Below are positions 8,730 through 18,832 of a stretch of DNA of 49,998 nucleotides, one piece after another. Where the stretch lies: IMG/VR virus record IMGVR_UViG_3300025816_002083, positions 1 to 49,998 of that record; one strand, given 5' to 3'. Source of the stretch: a virus. Its lineage: Duplodnaviria; Caudoviricetes. Below the pieces are notes generated by a model that was not told the DNA's origin, made no database searches, and worked only from the letters and a program-made list of their open reading frames with translations. How positions within the stretch are numbered: position 1 is the first letter of the stretch; each line of letters opens with the position of its first letter. The position numbers and the translations under genes were made by a program.

Positions 8730-9615
8730 TGCTTGTATATCATATATTTCTTCTCGCGCCCAATGCATCGGTTACTCCTTGAAGTCTCTAGAGGACAATT
8801 TTAATCATAAGTATAATTATCCTGTATACGTTCATTACTTTGACGATATATACTCTAACCCAGACCTACTTAAGAATACGAAAGAGCAAATAAGTTCTTC
8901 TATTGAGTTTGTACCTATAGAATACAAAACTCCTGAACATGTAAAAAAAGAAGATTTGTATTTTAATCGTGATTTGTGGTATGCTAAAACTCATTTTCCT
9001 ATCCAAAGAATTGGTTATTTACATATGTGCAATTTTGTTAGTAATATGTATAAATATCCTAACACTAAAATTCATGAGTACGATTATGTAATGGTTCATG
9101 ACGATGAGGCTGGATATAATTCAGAGCTTCCTTATAACCCTTTTGAAATACTCTCTGAAAGGGAAGAGTATTTAGGAGCATTTAAATCTGGGCAAAGACT
9201 TAAAAACGGCATGCCTCATCAAGGACATGTAGACACTAGAATTGGTCTACTTGATTTAACAATTGAGTTTGTTGAAAAATATAATATAAAACCAAAAAAT
9301 AAAAGACTTTTAGAACTTTTGAGCAGAGATACTCCATCAGAATATGATTTTCATTTTCTTGATTGGTGTGATACTTACGTGCTTAAAACATCAATGTTCG
9401 AAACTGACGTATGGAAGCTTTGGATAAAAGAAGTTAATGAGAGCGGCGGTATTTACAAATACCGTTGGGGAGATAATGAAATAATTAGTCTATTTGCTCA
9501 TTTTATTCAGGAAGAGATTTTTGATTTCAAAGCTGTGGAAGAAGGTCATCATGATTTAGGTAAATTTAGAAGGTTACAAGACACAGCCCCTAGCGTAAAA
9601 GATCTACACAAATAA
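8716..9615 (+). CDS. GT15 (Kre2/Mnt1-like) alpha-1,2-mannosyltransferase-like protein
   Basis: NFNHKYNYPV, GYLHMCNF, YDYVM, GGIYKYRWGD. Confidence 0.75.
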   Translation: MKTFNACISYISSRAQCIGYSLKSLEDNFNHKYNYPVYVHYFDDIYSNPDLLKNTKEQISSSIEFVPIEYKTPEHVKKEDLYFNRDLWYAKTHFPIQRIGYLHMCNFVSNMYKYPNTKIHEYDYVMVHDDEAGYNSELPYNPFEILSEREEYLGAFKSGQRLKNGMPHQGHVDTRIGLLDLTIEFVEKYNIKPKNKRLLELLSRDTPSEYDFHFLDWCDTYVLKTSMFETDVWKLWIKEVNESGGIYKYRWGDNEIISLFAHFIQEEIFDFKAVEEGHHDLGKFRRLQDTAPSVKDLHK

Positions 9616-9630
9616 AACGGTACAGTTTTT

Positions 9631-10572
9631 ATGAAATATTTTGTAATAGAGCCTCACATAAACTATACTAGCTTTTCATATTATTCTACCTTTGTTAATG
9701 AGTTATGTAAAAATGAAAATACAGTTGTTTCTACTGACACAAAATCTTTAAATGAGTTTTGTCTAAAATCAGATAAATCAGATTGTATATTTTTAGGTTT
9801 AGGGTTCTTTGACAACCCTAAGTCTTTTTGTAATAATTATTTTACTTCTTTTGCTGAAAGCGACACCTTAAAAGTGACGTACATACATAAGGTAAAAAAC
9901 GAATACCAAGAAAAAATAAATTTCTGCAAAGCTCATAAAGTAGATTTAATTTTAACATCAACACCCTTAGCCGAAGAAATACAGCAAGACTCTGGAATTC
10001 CTACTTTTACATTACCTTATGGAGCTGATCCTGAAGTGTTCTACACTAATCCTAATATAGAAAAAAAATATGATATCAGTTTTAGTGGAGCTATGCATGA
10101 AAATAAACATGGGGTACCAGATGAATTAAAAAATATAAGATTTAAAGCTAGGAACATAATAAAAGAAAGAAAAGATTTATCTGTTTTCTGGAATGGGTCT
10201 GATAACCCTAGCCAATCTTATAGGATGTCTCAAATAGAGTATGTTGAAAAATTAAACCAGAGTAAAATTTGGTATGCTGCTACCGGGCCTGCTTGGGATA
10301 TGAATCCTCGTCATTCTGAGATTTTATTTTGTGGAGCTGTTTTACTTACTAATGAAACCCCTAGTGGTTATTATGACCAATGGGAGGATGGATTTAACTG
10401 TGTTCGGTACAAAACTGATCTATCTAACCTCAATCAAAAAATAGACGAAGCTTTAAAAAAACAAGAAATTATAACTAAAAATGCATATAATTTTGCATCA
10501 GAGAATTTAACCCCTAATAAAATTTACGAAAGATTTAAATGGATAACAAAGCAAAATTCAAAGAAGCTTTAA
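9631..10572 (+). CDS. Glycosyltransferase, CgeB/Glyco_trans_1_2-like
   Basis: LPYGADPEVF, KYDISFSG, LNQSKI, RHSEILFCGAVLLT. Confidence 0.8.
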   Translation: MKYFVIEPHINYTSFSYYSTFVNELCKNENTVVSTDTKSLNEFCLKSDKSDCIFLGLGFFDNPKSFCNNYFTSFAESDTLKVTYIHKVKNEYQEKINFCKAHKVDLILTSTPLAEEIQQDSGIPTFTLPYGADPEVFYTNPNIEKKYDISFSGAMHENKHGVPDELKNIRFKARNIIKERKDLSVFWNGSDNPSQSYRMSQIEYVEKLNQSKIWYAATGPAWDMNPRHSEILFCGAVLLTNETPSGYYDQWEDGFNCVRYKTDLSNLNQKIDEALKKQEIITKNAYNFASENLTPNKIYERFKWITKQNSKKL

Positions 10573-11393
10573 AACTTATAGAAATAGAGATTTTTTCTTT
10601 TTGTAACAGAAAGTGCTGGTTTTGCCCTAATTCTTATGTAGACCGTATTTCCGAAACGACTTTTATGGATGAGGATGTATATCTAGGTTTAATTAAACAG
10701 CTTCAAGAAATAGATTACTCAGGAGAGCTAACGTATAGTAGATATAACGAACCTCTTGCCTACCGAGAGGTTATTACAAAAAGAATTAAGCAGGCTCGGG
10801 AGATGCTGCCTAACGCAACTTTAAGAACAAATACTAACGGTGATTACGTAACTCGAGACTATATAGAAGAGCTTTGTGATATAGGTTTAGACCAATTATG
10901 GATTCAGCAATATTTAGCAAACGAGGAAAGGTACGAGCATTCCAAAGTTAAAGATAAAATGCTAACCAAACTTGAGAAAATCGGTTTACCTTATAAAAAT
11001 CTTGTCGATATAGAGGGGTGTAAAATAGAGTATGATCTTTCCCATAAGGACACGACTATCCATCTAAGAGCTAGAAATTTTTCATTAGACGGGTCAAGTC
11101 GAGGCGGTATTGTCCCAATTGCAGAAGACTACACAAGAACACAACGATGTCTTCAGCCATTTCATAATATGTATATTGATTACAACGGTCATGTTATGGT
11201 TTGCTGCGCTTTGAGATCGGATGTTGAGCCTTATGATGAGGGTAGAATGGGTCATATAAATCAAGGCAAACTGTGGGATGTATATGCTGGTGACTTGTAT
11301 AAACCTTGGAGAGATCACCATAAAGAAGACGGCCCCAAAGAGGGAGTCTGTAAAACGTGCCGAGATAATGTTAAGCCGTCTTATTTACAATGA
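10539..11393 (+). CDS. Radical SAM protein with SPASM/twitch domain
   Basis: CNRKCWFC (CxxxCxxC), NEPL, TNG; C-terminal CLQPF...GHVMVCC...CKTC. Confidence 0.9.
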   Translation: MDNKAKFKEALKLIEIEIFSFCNRKCWFCPNSYVDRISETTFMDEDVYLGLIKQLQEIDYSGELTYSRYNEPLAYREVITKRIKQAREMLPNATLRTNTNGDYVTRDYIEELCDIGLDQLWIQQYLANEERYEHSKVKDKMLTKLEKIGLPYKNLVDIEGCKIEYDLSHKDTTIHLRARNFSLDGSSRGGIVPIAEDYTRTQRCLQPFHNMYIDYNGHVMVCCALRSDVEPYDEGRMGHINQGKLWDVYAGDLYKPWRDHHKEDGPKEGVCKTCRDNVKPSYLQ

Positions 11394-12166
11394 AAACAGC
11401 AGTACTAATAACAGGTCAGCTTAGAGATTATAGGGTTAATTATCTTAACCATATCAAACACTTGATAGAACCTAATAACGCAGATGTTTTTGTTTACGCC
11501 TGTACCCAAAATACTATTCACAGCTGCGGTAAGAGTTTAGACCAAAAATATTATAGAACTGCTCATTATAGCAAAGATGAGATAATTGATAATGTAAGTG
11601 AAATATATGGCAATCATTTAAAAGTAATTCAGGTAGATGACAACGAGAAGTTAACAGAGGATGATTTTGGAACTCTTGGGTACTTTAGAACAAGAATGCA
11701 GAATCAGATAGATAATATACGTAACGGTTATGAGATTGCGAAAGCTTACGGAGAATATGACGTCATTATTAGATGCAGGCCTGATAACTCTATGTATCTG
11801 AAGCCTGTTATCGTAACAGATTATTCTTTTACTGATAATAAAATTTACAGCACTGTCTTCACACCGTCAGGGCATAGAGATTTATGTTTTTTTGCAATGT
11901 CTAATCCTCAAACTTTTGAGAAATACTGCTCTTATGAATATCTTAAAGGGGAAGATCCGAACAGAACAGATAGTAATTTTTTATGCACAGAGCATGCTTG
12001 GGAAGGTTACCTTATGCAAAATGGGGTAGATGTTAAGTACGTGCCCGATATATGCAGACCATTTACTCAATTTGATAAAAGTACAAAAGTAGCAGATTTT
12101 CCATACAGAAATGAAAAAGAAAAGTTGGTGGACCACCATGGTAACTGGGTAGATCAAGTAACATGA
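11390..12166 (+). CDS. Hypothetical glycan-modifying protein
   Basis: AVLITGQLR ... YDVIIRCRPD, a pattern common in viral glycosylation clusters. Confidence 0.6.
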   Translation: MKTAVLITGQLRDYRVNYLNHIKHLIEPNNADVFVYACTQNTIHSCGKSLDQKYYRTAHYSKDEIIDNVSEIYGNHLKVIQVDDNEKLTEDDFGTLGYFRTRMQNQIDNIRNGYEIAKAYGEYDVIIRCRPDNSMYLKPVIVTDYSFTDNKIYSTVFTPSGHRDLCFFAMSNPQTFEKYCSYEYLKGEDPNRTDSNFLCTEHAWEGYLMQNGVDVKYVPDICRPFTQFDKSTKVADFPYRNEKEKLVDHHGNWVDQVT

Positions 12167-12843
12167 GCAATATCAAACTTAAAACCGATTTAAATTTTTG
12201 GCAAGAAGGTCCAACTGTCGAAGTTATGAATGGATGGTGTGGGGACTATAACACTTCAGTAAAAACTTACATAAGAAACGAAATCAAGAACAAAAAAAAT
12301 ATTAAGTTTCTAGATTGTGGAGCTGGCACTTTTTCTCAATATTTTGGTTTTAAAGATAACGGTATAGAGGTCGATTATGCAGCGACTGAAATTACCAAGA
12401 AATATATTGAGTATGGTCTATCTAAAAATGTTAATGTAATTGAATGCCCTTTAAACAAAATGCCTTTTGAAGATGATCAGTTTAACATTACATCATGTAT
12501 TGATGTAATGAATCATCAATCAGAATTTGATAAACATATCAAAGAAATGTTGAGGGTTACAAAAGATGTATTGTATATATCTTTTTTTAAAGATTTTGAA
12601 GAAACGGTAGACCCTGATAAAGAGCTTAAAGAAGGGGATATCTTTCGATTACGCAAAGACGACGGACTTAGTCTTCCAGCAACCAAAACCTCTACAGGTA
12701 TAATAGTTCAACGATTTAACGGTTTAATTTATAATCATTTTAATTTTGAAAAACTTAAAAATTTTTTGGACACGCTTTATATCGATTTTACTTTTCATGA
12801 ATTTGAAGATCAAGTTTACCTTTTAAAAATTATTAAAAAATGA
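12163..12843 (+). CDS. Class I SAM-dependent methyltransferase
   Basis: FLDCGAGT, MPFEDDQFN, EMLRV. Confidence 0.85.
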   Translation: MSNIKLKTDLNFWQEGPTVEVMNGWCGDYNTSVKTYIRNEIKNKKNIKFLDCGAGTFSQYFGFKDNGIEVDYAATEITKKYIEYGLSKNVNVIECPLNKMPFEDDQFNITSCIDVMNHQSEFDKHIKEMLRVTKDVLYISFFKDFEETVDPDKELKEGDIFRLRKDDGLSLPATKTSTGIIVQRFNGLIYNHFNFEKLKNFLDTLYIDFTFHEFEDQVYLLKIIKK

Positions 12844-13727
12844 CGAATCAGCCTGTCATAAGAATAGATTTCACCGTAGGTTTTGGAAATAACTTGTTCC
12901 AATTCGTGTATGCTAAATTATTAGCGGAGAAAATTGGTGCAAAAATTTATATTCTTCCTCCATTTACTGACTATTTTGGTTTAACAGCTCTAGACCTTCT
13001 GGTTTCTGATGAAACTTACGAAAATGTGACACCGTACTTTTCTGATGAGATTTTCAAAAATACTTTACCTTTAAAGCATGTTAATACGGAAGAGCAAGCG
13101 AAACGGGTTCTCGAGAACCCGGAGAATTGTAATTACCTACTAAACGGGTACTTTGAAGATTATACCTTATACGAAAACGACCTTGAGAAAATTAGGTCTT
13201 GGTTTATAGCTCCACCACTGAAAGATAAAGATAATGCTGTAATACATTTAAGATTGGGGGACAGACTTTTCATACCTTCTACTTATCAGGAAGAAGCTTT
13301 ATTAACTTTTGAAAGGTATAAAAATGGATTAGATCAAATGGATTTTAAAAAACTTTATATTGTATCAGATCTTCCGCACTGGCGAAAGTTTAACGATTCT
13401 GAACTACTCGGTTTTAGGTACCACACCAAACTTTCAGAGAATACTCTAGAGATGTCTGCTAAAGCCGCTAGTTATGTCAACGAGCTGGTTGATAAATTTT
13501 CTAGTAATTATGAAGTTGTTTTCTCTAAAAATGTAATTGATATTGACTTTTACAAAATTATGACTTATGATAAAATACTATTCGGGTATAGTACTTTTGC
13601 ATGGTGGGCGGCTACGCTTAGTAACGCTTCTCAAGTAGGCGTATTTGGTCCTTGGAGACCATGGAAAAAAGAGGGAAATAAAAATTTAGGAAATACAAAT
13701 TACCCCGGATGGTTTAAGTGGCAGTAA
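12840..13727 (+). CDS. GT11 alpha-1,2-fucosyltransferase-like protein
   Basis: GFGNNLFQ, GYFE, IHLRLGD, STFAWWAA. Confidence 0.85.
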   Translation: MTNQPVIRIDFTVGFGNNLFQFVYAKLLAEKIGAKIYILPPFTDYFGLTALDLLVSDETYENVTPYFSDEIFKNTLPLKHVNTEEQAKRVLENPENCNYLLNGYFEDYTLYENDLEKIRSWFIAPPLKDKDNAVIHLRLGDRLFIPSTYQEEALLTFERYKNGLDQMDFKKLYIVSDLPHWRKFNDSELLGFRYHTKLSENTLEMSAKAASYVNELVDKFSSNYEVVFSKNVIDIDFYKIMTYDKILFGYSTFAWWAATLSNASQVGVFGPWRPWKKEGNKNLGNTNYPGWFKWQ

Positions 13728-13731
13728 AATT

Positions 13732-14664
13732 ATGAAACATATAGTAACAGGAGGAGCTGGGTTCATAGGTTCAGCTTTGGTAAAAAAACTTGTAGCACAA
13801 GGTCATGAGGTCGTAGTTATAGACGATCATTCTTCTTCTGGCGGAGAACTCCTTAACGAAAATTCTTTAAAATCATCAGTTAAAACAGTTTGTGGAAATA
13901 TATCTCACATTAAAACACAAACAGGCTTGCACGAAAAACTCCTAGACGCTTTTGAAGGTGTCGATACTGTTTTTCATCTAGCAGCAAAAGCTAGAGTCCA
14001 GCCATCTATTAAAGAACCTGTTCATTTTAACGCTACCAATGTAGAGGGAACTCTAAATATGCTAGAGTATTCACGTAAAGCTAAAGTTAGAAGGTTTGTA
14101 TTTACTTCTTCCTCATCTATTTATGGCAATACAGAAATTATACCTACTTTAGAAGACACCCCTACTAACCCATTAAGTCCTTATGGTTTACAAAAGTTAA
14201 TTGGAGAACAGTATTGCCAATTATATTCTAGAATCCACAACATGGACACTGCTTGTCTGAGGTATTTTAACGTGTACGGAGAAAATGCTCCGACTTCAGG
14301 CGCTTATTGTTTAGTTATAGGTAAATTTATTCAACAAGCTAGAGAAGGTAAAAACTTGACCATCTATGGTAAAGGTGATCAGAAAAGAGATTTTACATAC
14401 TTGAGCGATGTTGTAGACGCTAATATATTGGCTTCAAATTATACAAGTAAATTTTCTGGAGAGGCTTTTAATATAGGTAACGGTGATAACAGAACAGTAC
14501 AGCAGATTGCAGACGTATTTAAAACTCCATGTGACTATTTACCCGAAAGACTAGAACCAAAAGAAACTCTAGCTTGTAACGAAAAAGCAAAAAAAGTTTT
14601 AGGTTGGAAACCTACAGGTGATGTTTTAAAATGGTTAGAAGGTTATTTACCAACTATACTATAA
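13732..14664 (+). CDS. NAD-dependent nucleotide-sugar epimerase/dehydratase
   Basis: VTGGAGFIGS, SPYGLQK (YxxxK), LRYFNVYG, RDFTY. Confidence 0.93.
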   Translation: MKHIVTGGAGFIGSALVKKLVAQGHEVVVIDDHSSSGGELLNENSLKSSVKTVCGNISHIKTQTGLHEKLLDAFEGVDTVFHLAAKARVQPSIKEPVHFNATNVEGTLNMLEYSRKAKVRRFVFTSSSSIYGNTEIIPTLEDTPTNPLSPYGLQKLIGEQYCQLYSRIHNMDTACLRYFNVYGENAPTSGAYCLVIGKFIQQAREGKNLTIYGKGDQKRDFTYLSDVVDANILASNYTSKFSGEAFNIGNGDNRTVQQIADVFKTPCDYLPERLEPKETLACNEKAKKVLGWKPTGDVLKWLEGYLPTIL

Positions 14665-14668
14665 GTAC

Positions 14669-15601
14669 ATGAAAATATTTTTAGCAGGACATAACGGGCT
14701 CGTAGGGTCAGCTATCATGAGAAGGTTAGCTAAAGAAGATGTAGAAATTATTTATGCTAATAAGCACAGTTTAAATTTGTTAGATCAACGGGCTGTCGGT
14801 TATTTCTTTGAAGCTAACAAACCAGATGCAGTGATCGATGCTGCTGCAAAAGTTGGAGGTATTCATGCGAACAATGTTTACCCTGCTTCATTTATTTATC
14901 AAAATTTACAAATTCAGAATAATATCATTAATAGTGCTTATGAGAATAATGTCAAAAAATTAATTTTTCTAGGAAGTATTTGTATTTATCCAAAATTTGC
15001 GGAACAGCCAATTAAAGAAGAGTATTTATTGACCTCTCCTCTTGAACCTACAAACGAACCTTATTCTGTTGCTAAAATAGCAGGGATTAAAATGTGTCAA
15101 AGTTATTATCGAGAGTATGGTTCTGATTTCTTTTCTTTAATGCCTACCAACCAGTATGGCCCCAATGATAATTTTCACCCTGAAAACTCTCATGTTTTAC
15201 CTGCTCTTCTCCGCAGGTTTCATGAAGCTAAAAGAGATAACGTTTCATCTGTAGAGGTGTGGGGTACAGGTAAAGCTAAAAGAGAATTTCAATATGTTGA
15301 TGATCTTGCAGATGCTTGTGTTTTTGCTTTAGAGAATGTAACTTCTGATGATATTTACAAAAACGGGTTAACCCATTTAAATGTTGGAACTGGAGAAGAA
15401 ATATCTATTGAGAAACTCGCAAGGAAAATTGCATCAGTAGTAGGATATGAAGGTGATATAACTTTTCAAACTGATAAACCTGACGGTGTTTTAAGAAGAG
15501 TAGGAGATAACTCAAAAATTCATAAGTTGGGATGGTCTCATAAATACAGTTTGGACGAGGGGCTAGATTTGACTTATAATTGGTATAAAGAAAATGCCTA
15601 A
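14669..15601 (+). CDS. fcl: GDP-L-fucose synthase
   Basis: GHNGLVGSA, AAKVGGIHAN, CIYPK, LEPTNEPY, YGPNDNF, WGTG..REF. Confidence 0.96.
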   Translation: MKIFLAGHNGLVGSAIMRRLAKEDVEIIYANKHSLNLLDQRAVGYFFEANKPDAVIDAAAKVGGIHANNVYPASFIYQNLQIQNNIINSAYENNVKKLIFLGSICIYPKFAEQPIKEEYLLTSPLEPTNEPYSVAKIAGIKMCQSYYREYGSDFFSLMPTNQYGPNDNFHPENSHVLPALLRRFHEAKRDNVSSVEVWGTGKAKREFQYVDDLADACVFALENVTSDDIYKNGLTHLNVGTGEEISIEKLARKIASVVGYEGDITFQTDKPDGVLRRVGDNSKIHKLGWSHKYSLDEGLDLTYNWYKENA

Positions 15602-16625
15602 AAGAGTTTTAGTTACCGGTATTACCGGCCAAGATGGTTCCAATATGGTTGATTACCTTTTGGAAAATACTGATTGTCTTGTCTATGGGATGAGCCGAAG
15701 GTCATCTAATATAAATTTGGACAACTGTTCTACTTTTATAGACAATGAAAGATTTCAATTAGTTTATGGCGATTTAACTGATGGATTTTCTCTAGCCAAG
15801 TTAGTCCAAGAAATACAGCCAGACTATTTTATTAATTTTGCTGCTAACTCTTTTGTTGGATGTAGTTGGGACATGCCAGAGCATGTCATGGACACAAATG
15901 CTGTAGGAACAGTTAGATGCTTGGAAGCTATTAGAAGATTTCAACCTAAATGTAAATTTTATAGCGCCGGAAGCTCAGAAGAGATGGGGGATGTAGATTA
16001 TGTCCCACAGGATAAAGATCATCCGCCTAAACCTAGAAGCCCTTATGGAGTCTCAAAAGTTGCTTCTAGATTTATTGTAAAAGTTTACAGGGAATCTTAT
16101 GGTATTTTCGCAGTACATGGTATTCTTTTTAACCATGAGGGTATCAGGAGAGGGGAAGAGTTTGTAACAAGAAAAATTACCAAAGGTGTAGCTCGTATAT
16201 ATAAATCCTTACTTGACGGTAAAGATTTTAAACCTTTATCTCTTGGTAATACTGATGCTAAACGAGACTGGTCAGACTCTGAAGATTTTGTTGATGGAGT
16301 TTGGCGCATGCTTAATCAGCCAGAGCCTAAAGAGTACATTTTGTCCAGTAATGAGACACACACTGTTAAAGAGTTCGTAGAAGCTGCTTTTTCAGAAGTA
16401 GGTATTGAAGGTTCTTGGCAAGGTGAAGGGGTAAATGAAAAATATATTTCTTCAGAAAATGGCGTGTTAGTCGAGGTAAACGAAAAATATTATAGGCCAG
16501 CCGAGGTAGATTTACTTTATGGAGACTCAACCCCCGCAAGGGAGGAGATAGGATGGTCCCCTAAAATATCTTTCACAGATTTGGTCTCCAGAATGGTCAA
16601 AAAAGACGTTGAGCTTTCTCAATAA
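15594..16625 (+). CDS. gmd: GDP-mannose 4,6-dehydratase
   Basis: TGITGQDGS, PRSPYGVSK, GILFNHE, FVTRKIT, RPAEVDLL.GD. Confidence 0.96.
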   Translation: MPKRVLVTGITGQDGSNMVDYLLENTDCLVYGMSRRSSNINLDNCSTFIDNERFQLVYGDLTDGFSLAKLVQEIQPDYFINFAANSFVGCSWDMPEHVMDTNAVGTVRCLEAIRRFQPKCKFYSAGSSEEMGDVDYVPQDKDHPPKPRSPYGVSKVASRFIVKVYRESYGIFAVHGILFNHEGIRRGEEFVTRKITKGVARIYKSLLDGKDFKPLSLGNTDAKRDWSDSEDFVDGVWRMLNQPEPKEYILSSNETHTVKEFVEAAFSEVGIEGSWQGEGVNEKYISSENGVLVEVNEKYYRPAEVDLLYGDSTPAREEIGWSPKISFTDLVSRMVKKDVELSQ

Positions 16626-16667
16626 TTTTTTCTTGACTTCCCGCCTTACTTGTACGACCATGTAGTC

Positions 16668-17051
16668 ATGGCCGCAAAACGGAAACGTAAACCTACTTTA
16701 AATCAGCTTATCATTAATAAGCTTTTGGATGAGCCTAAAGCCATCTGGAAAAATAAAGGTATCGTTTCAAGAGAAATGGGCTTCACTAAGAAGTTGATAG
16801 AAAAATATCCATTAGAAGCGTTTTGGAAAGCTCTTCCTCTTAAATTTAGTGCTGAAAGTCTAGCTTGGTATATTTCTCCCCAAGGGTGGACTTATTTAAA
16901 AGTAGAGTATGCTAAATTTTCCATGGAGGTAAAAGGTATTGACAAACATGATATTTCCGATTCTAAGTTCGGAGAAAATAAAATAATTTCCAAGAAAACA
17001 AAAACAATAGAAGAGTTCTTAAAATATGGCACCAAAAAAGAAAATAGTTGA
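16668..17051 (+). CDS. Hypothetical protein
   Basis: ATG 16668 lies just after TTGACT(16633)-N17-GACCAT; basic N-terminus. Confidence 0.6.
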   Translation: MAAKRKRKPTLNQLIINKLLDEPKAIWKNKGIVSREMGFTKKLIEKYPLEAFWKALPLKFSAESLAWYISPQGWTYLKVEYAKFSMEVKGIDKHDISDSKFGENKIISKKTKTIEEFLKYGTKKENS

Positions 17052-18114
17052 GGGGTTTAACCCAGTAGATCAGATTCAGTCTTACTTAAAAGACCACAAA
17101 GACGAGCATTTTAATTTCGAAGAAGCTCCTAGTTATGTAGTTTCTAGTGGAAGTCTTTTGTTAGATAACGAGATGTCTGGAGGGTTAAGACCCGGCGTAA
17201 TCAGAGCTTCTGGTATTTCTGAAGGAGGTAAAACATCAAATGCTCTTTCATTCGCTCGCAACTTCCAGAAAACCCTAGATAAAGGAATGGTAGTTTATAT
17301 TAAATCTGAGGGTAGACTTTCTCCAGACATGATAGCTCGTTCAGGGGTTGATACGTCACCTGAAAAATGGTTTGTTTATAAAAGTAACATTTTTGAAAGC
17401 GTTCTTCAGTTAATGAGGGAGCTTATCATGAATAACCCCACAGATCACAAATACTTTTTTATCATTGATTCTATGGATGCAATGGTACCTAAAAAAGATA
17501 TGGACCGATCTTTCGAAGATTCTGACAAGGTAGCAGGAGGCTCAGTATTAAGTTCTAATTTCTTAAAGAAGATGGCTCTAGGACTTTCAACAAAAGGTCA
17601 CATCTGCTTTATGATTTCTCAGGTCAGAAGTAAAGTTAGTGTTAACCAATATGAAAAAACTGACCCTAACTTAACGAACGCTTCAGGCGGGAATGCTCTT
17701 CTCCATTATTCAGATTGGATTCTAGAGTTTCAACAAAGATTTAAAGGGGATTTAATTCCAGCTAAATCTGATAAACCTGAAGGCCATTACTGTAAGGTAA
17801 TATTCAGAAAGACAGCTAATGAAAGGACCGGGACTGTAGTCCGTTACCCTATTAAATATAGAAGAACAGACGGTAAAAGTATTTGGGTAGAGTATGAAGT
17901 TTTACAGTTCATGATGGAATGGGACATGGTTGATGTGAAAGGCCCTTGGATTATTATTAATGAGTCAATTATTGAAGAACTTAAAAAAGCCGGTATAGAG
18001 ATGGAATCCAAACATCAAGGAGTAGACAACTTTAGAAAATATTTGGAAAAAAATACAAAAGGTTGCCAGTACTTGTTTGAAAAATTCAGAAATGCTTTAT
18101 CTCCTACTGAGTGA
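17026..18114 (+). CDS. RecA/UvsX-like recombinase
   Basis: SSGSLLLD..GGL, GISEGGKTS (Walker A variant), IIDS, ISQVR, SGGNALLHYS. Confidence 0.88.
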   Translation: MAPKKKIVEGFNPVDQIQSYLKDHKDEHFNFEEAPSYVVSSGSLLLDNEMSGGLRPGVIRASGISEGGKTSNALSFARNFQKTLDKGMVVYIKSEGRLSPDMIARSGVDTSPEKWFVYKSNIFESVLQLMRELIMNNPTDHKYFFIIDSMDAMVPKKDMDRSFEDSDKVAGGSVLSSNFLKKMALGLSTKGHICFMISQVRSKVSVNQYEKTDPNLTNASGGNALLHYSDWILEFQQRFKGDLIPAKSDKPEGHYCKVIFRKTANERTGTVVRYPIKYRRTDGKSIWVEYEVLQFMMEWDMVDVKGPWIIINESIIEELKKAGIEMESKHQGVDNFRKYLEKNTKGCQYLFEKFRNALSPTE

Positions 18115-18527
18115 AACTCTACGACATTAGTGGAAAACTTGTAAATAAAGGGGTAACGAAGTATCGAGTAAAATGGGAGAAAGAATGTAGATCTAAATTT
18201 CAATACAACGTAAAACAGTTTTTTAAAACGTTTTGGTATGGTCAAGTTTGTTATGAAGAGTTTCCAGTATATGGAACTAGAATGAAGGTGGATTTGGTAA
18301 ATATGACCAAAAGAATAGCTGTTGAAAGTCAAGGCGATCAGCATGAATCTTTTAATAAATTTTTTCACAATAATTCTAGGGCTAATTACTTAAGATCAAT
18401 GACAAGAGATCATGACAAAAGAATATGGTTAGAAAACAATGATTTTAAAATCATAGAGATTTTTGAAAAAGAGGTAAACTTACTGTCAAAAGAGTATATT
18501 CTAGATAAGTTTGGAATAGATATTTAA
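18111..18527 (+). CDS. PD-(D/E)XK / Vsr-DUF559-like endonuclease
   Basis: EEFPV...KVDLV...IAVESQGDQH...RDHDKRIW. Confidence 0.75.
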   Translation: MKLYDISGKLVNKGVTKYRVKWEKECRSKFQYNVKQFFKTFWYGQVCYEEFPVYGTRMKVDLVNMTKRIAVESQGDQHESFNKFFHNNSRANYLRSMTRDHDKRIWLENNDFKIIEIFEKEVNLLSKEYILDKFGIDI

Positions 18528-18550
18528 AATAGTGTAATATTTTGATATAA

Positions 18551-18832
18551 ATGAGTAAAAAAGAAAGCACTAGAATACCAGAGCCACTTCTGGATCAAAT
18601 TAGTGAATGGTCTTGCGGGGGGTTTATGCTGTTTAACTTTGATGAAGAAGGTAATCCACAGGTCTACTCCAAAGTGGAGAGCGAAAAAAACGCTATGTCG
18701 TTGCAATACCTTGTGAATCATTGGACTCAGGCTATGGAGTCTATGAATTCAGACGCTTTTATTAACAATATGACTGGCTCGTTCTCAGAAGACCCAGAAG
18801 AAGGATACGAAGAAGGATACGATGATGAGTGA
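18551..18832 (+). CDS. Hypothetical acidic protein
   Basis: 93-aa ORF, operonic with the tubulin gene. Confidence 0.6.
   Translation: MSKKESTRIPEPLLDQISEWSCGGFMLFNFDEEGNPQVYSKVESEKNAMSLQYLVNHWTQAMESMNSDAFINNMTGSFSEDPEEGYEEGYDDE

Noticed and set aside
18798-18821. Short tandem repeat GAAGAAGGATAC x2
   Set aside because: Encodes an acidic low-complexity tail (EEGYEEGY); no further significance evident
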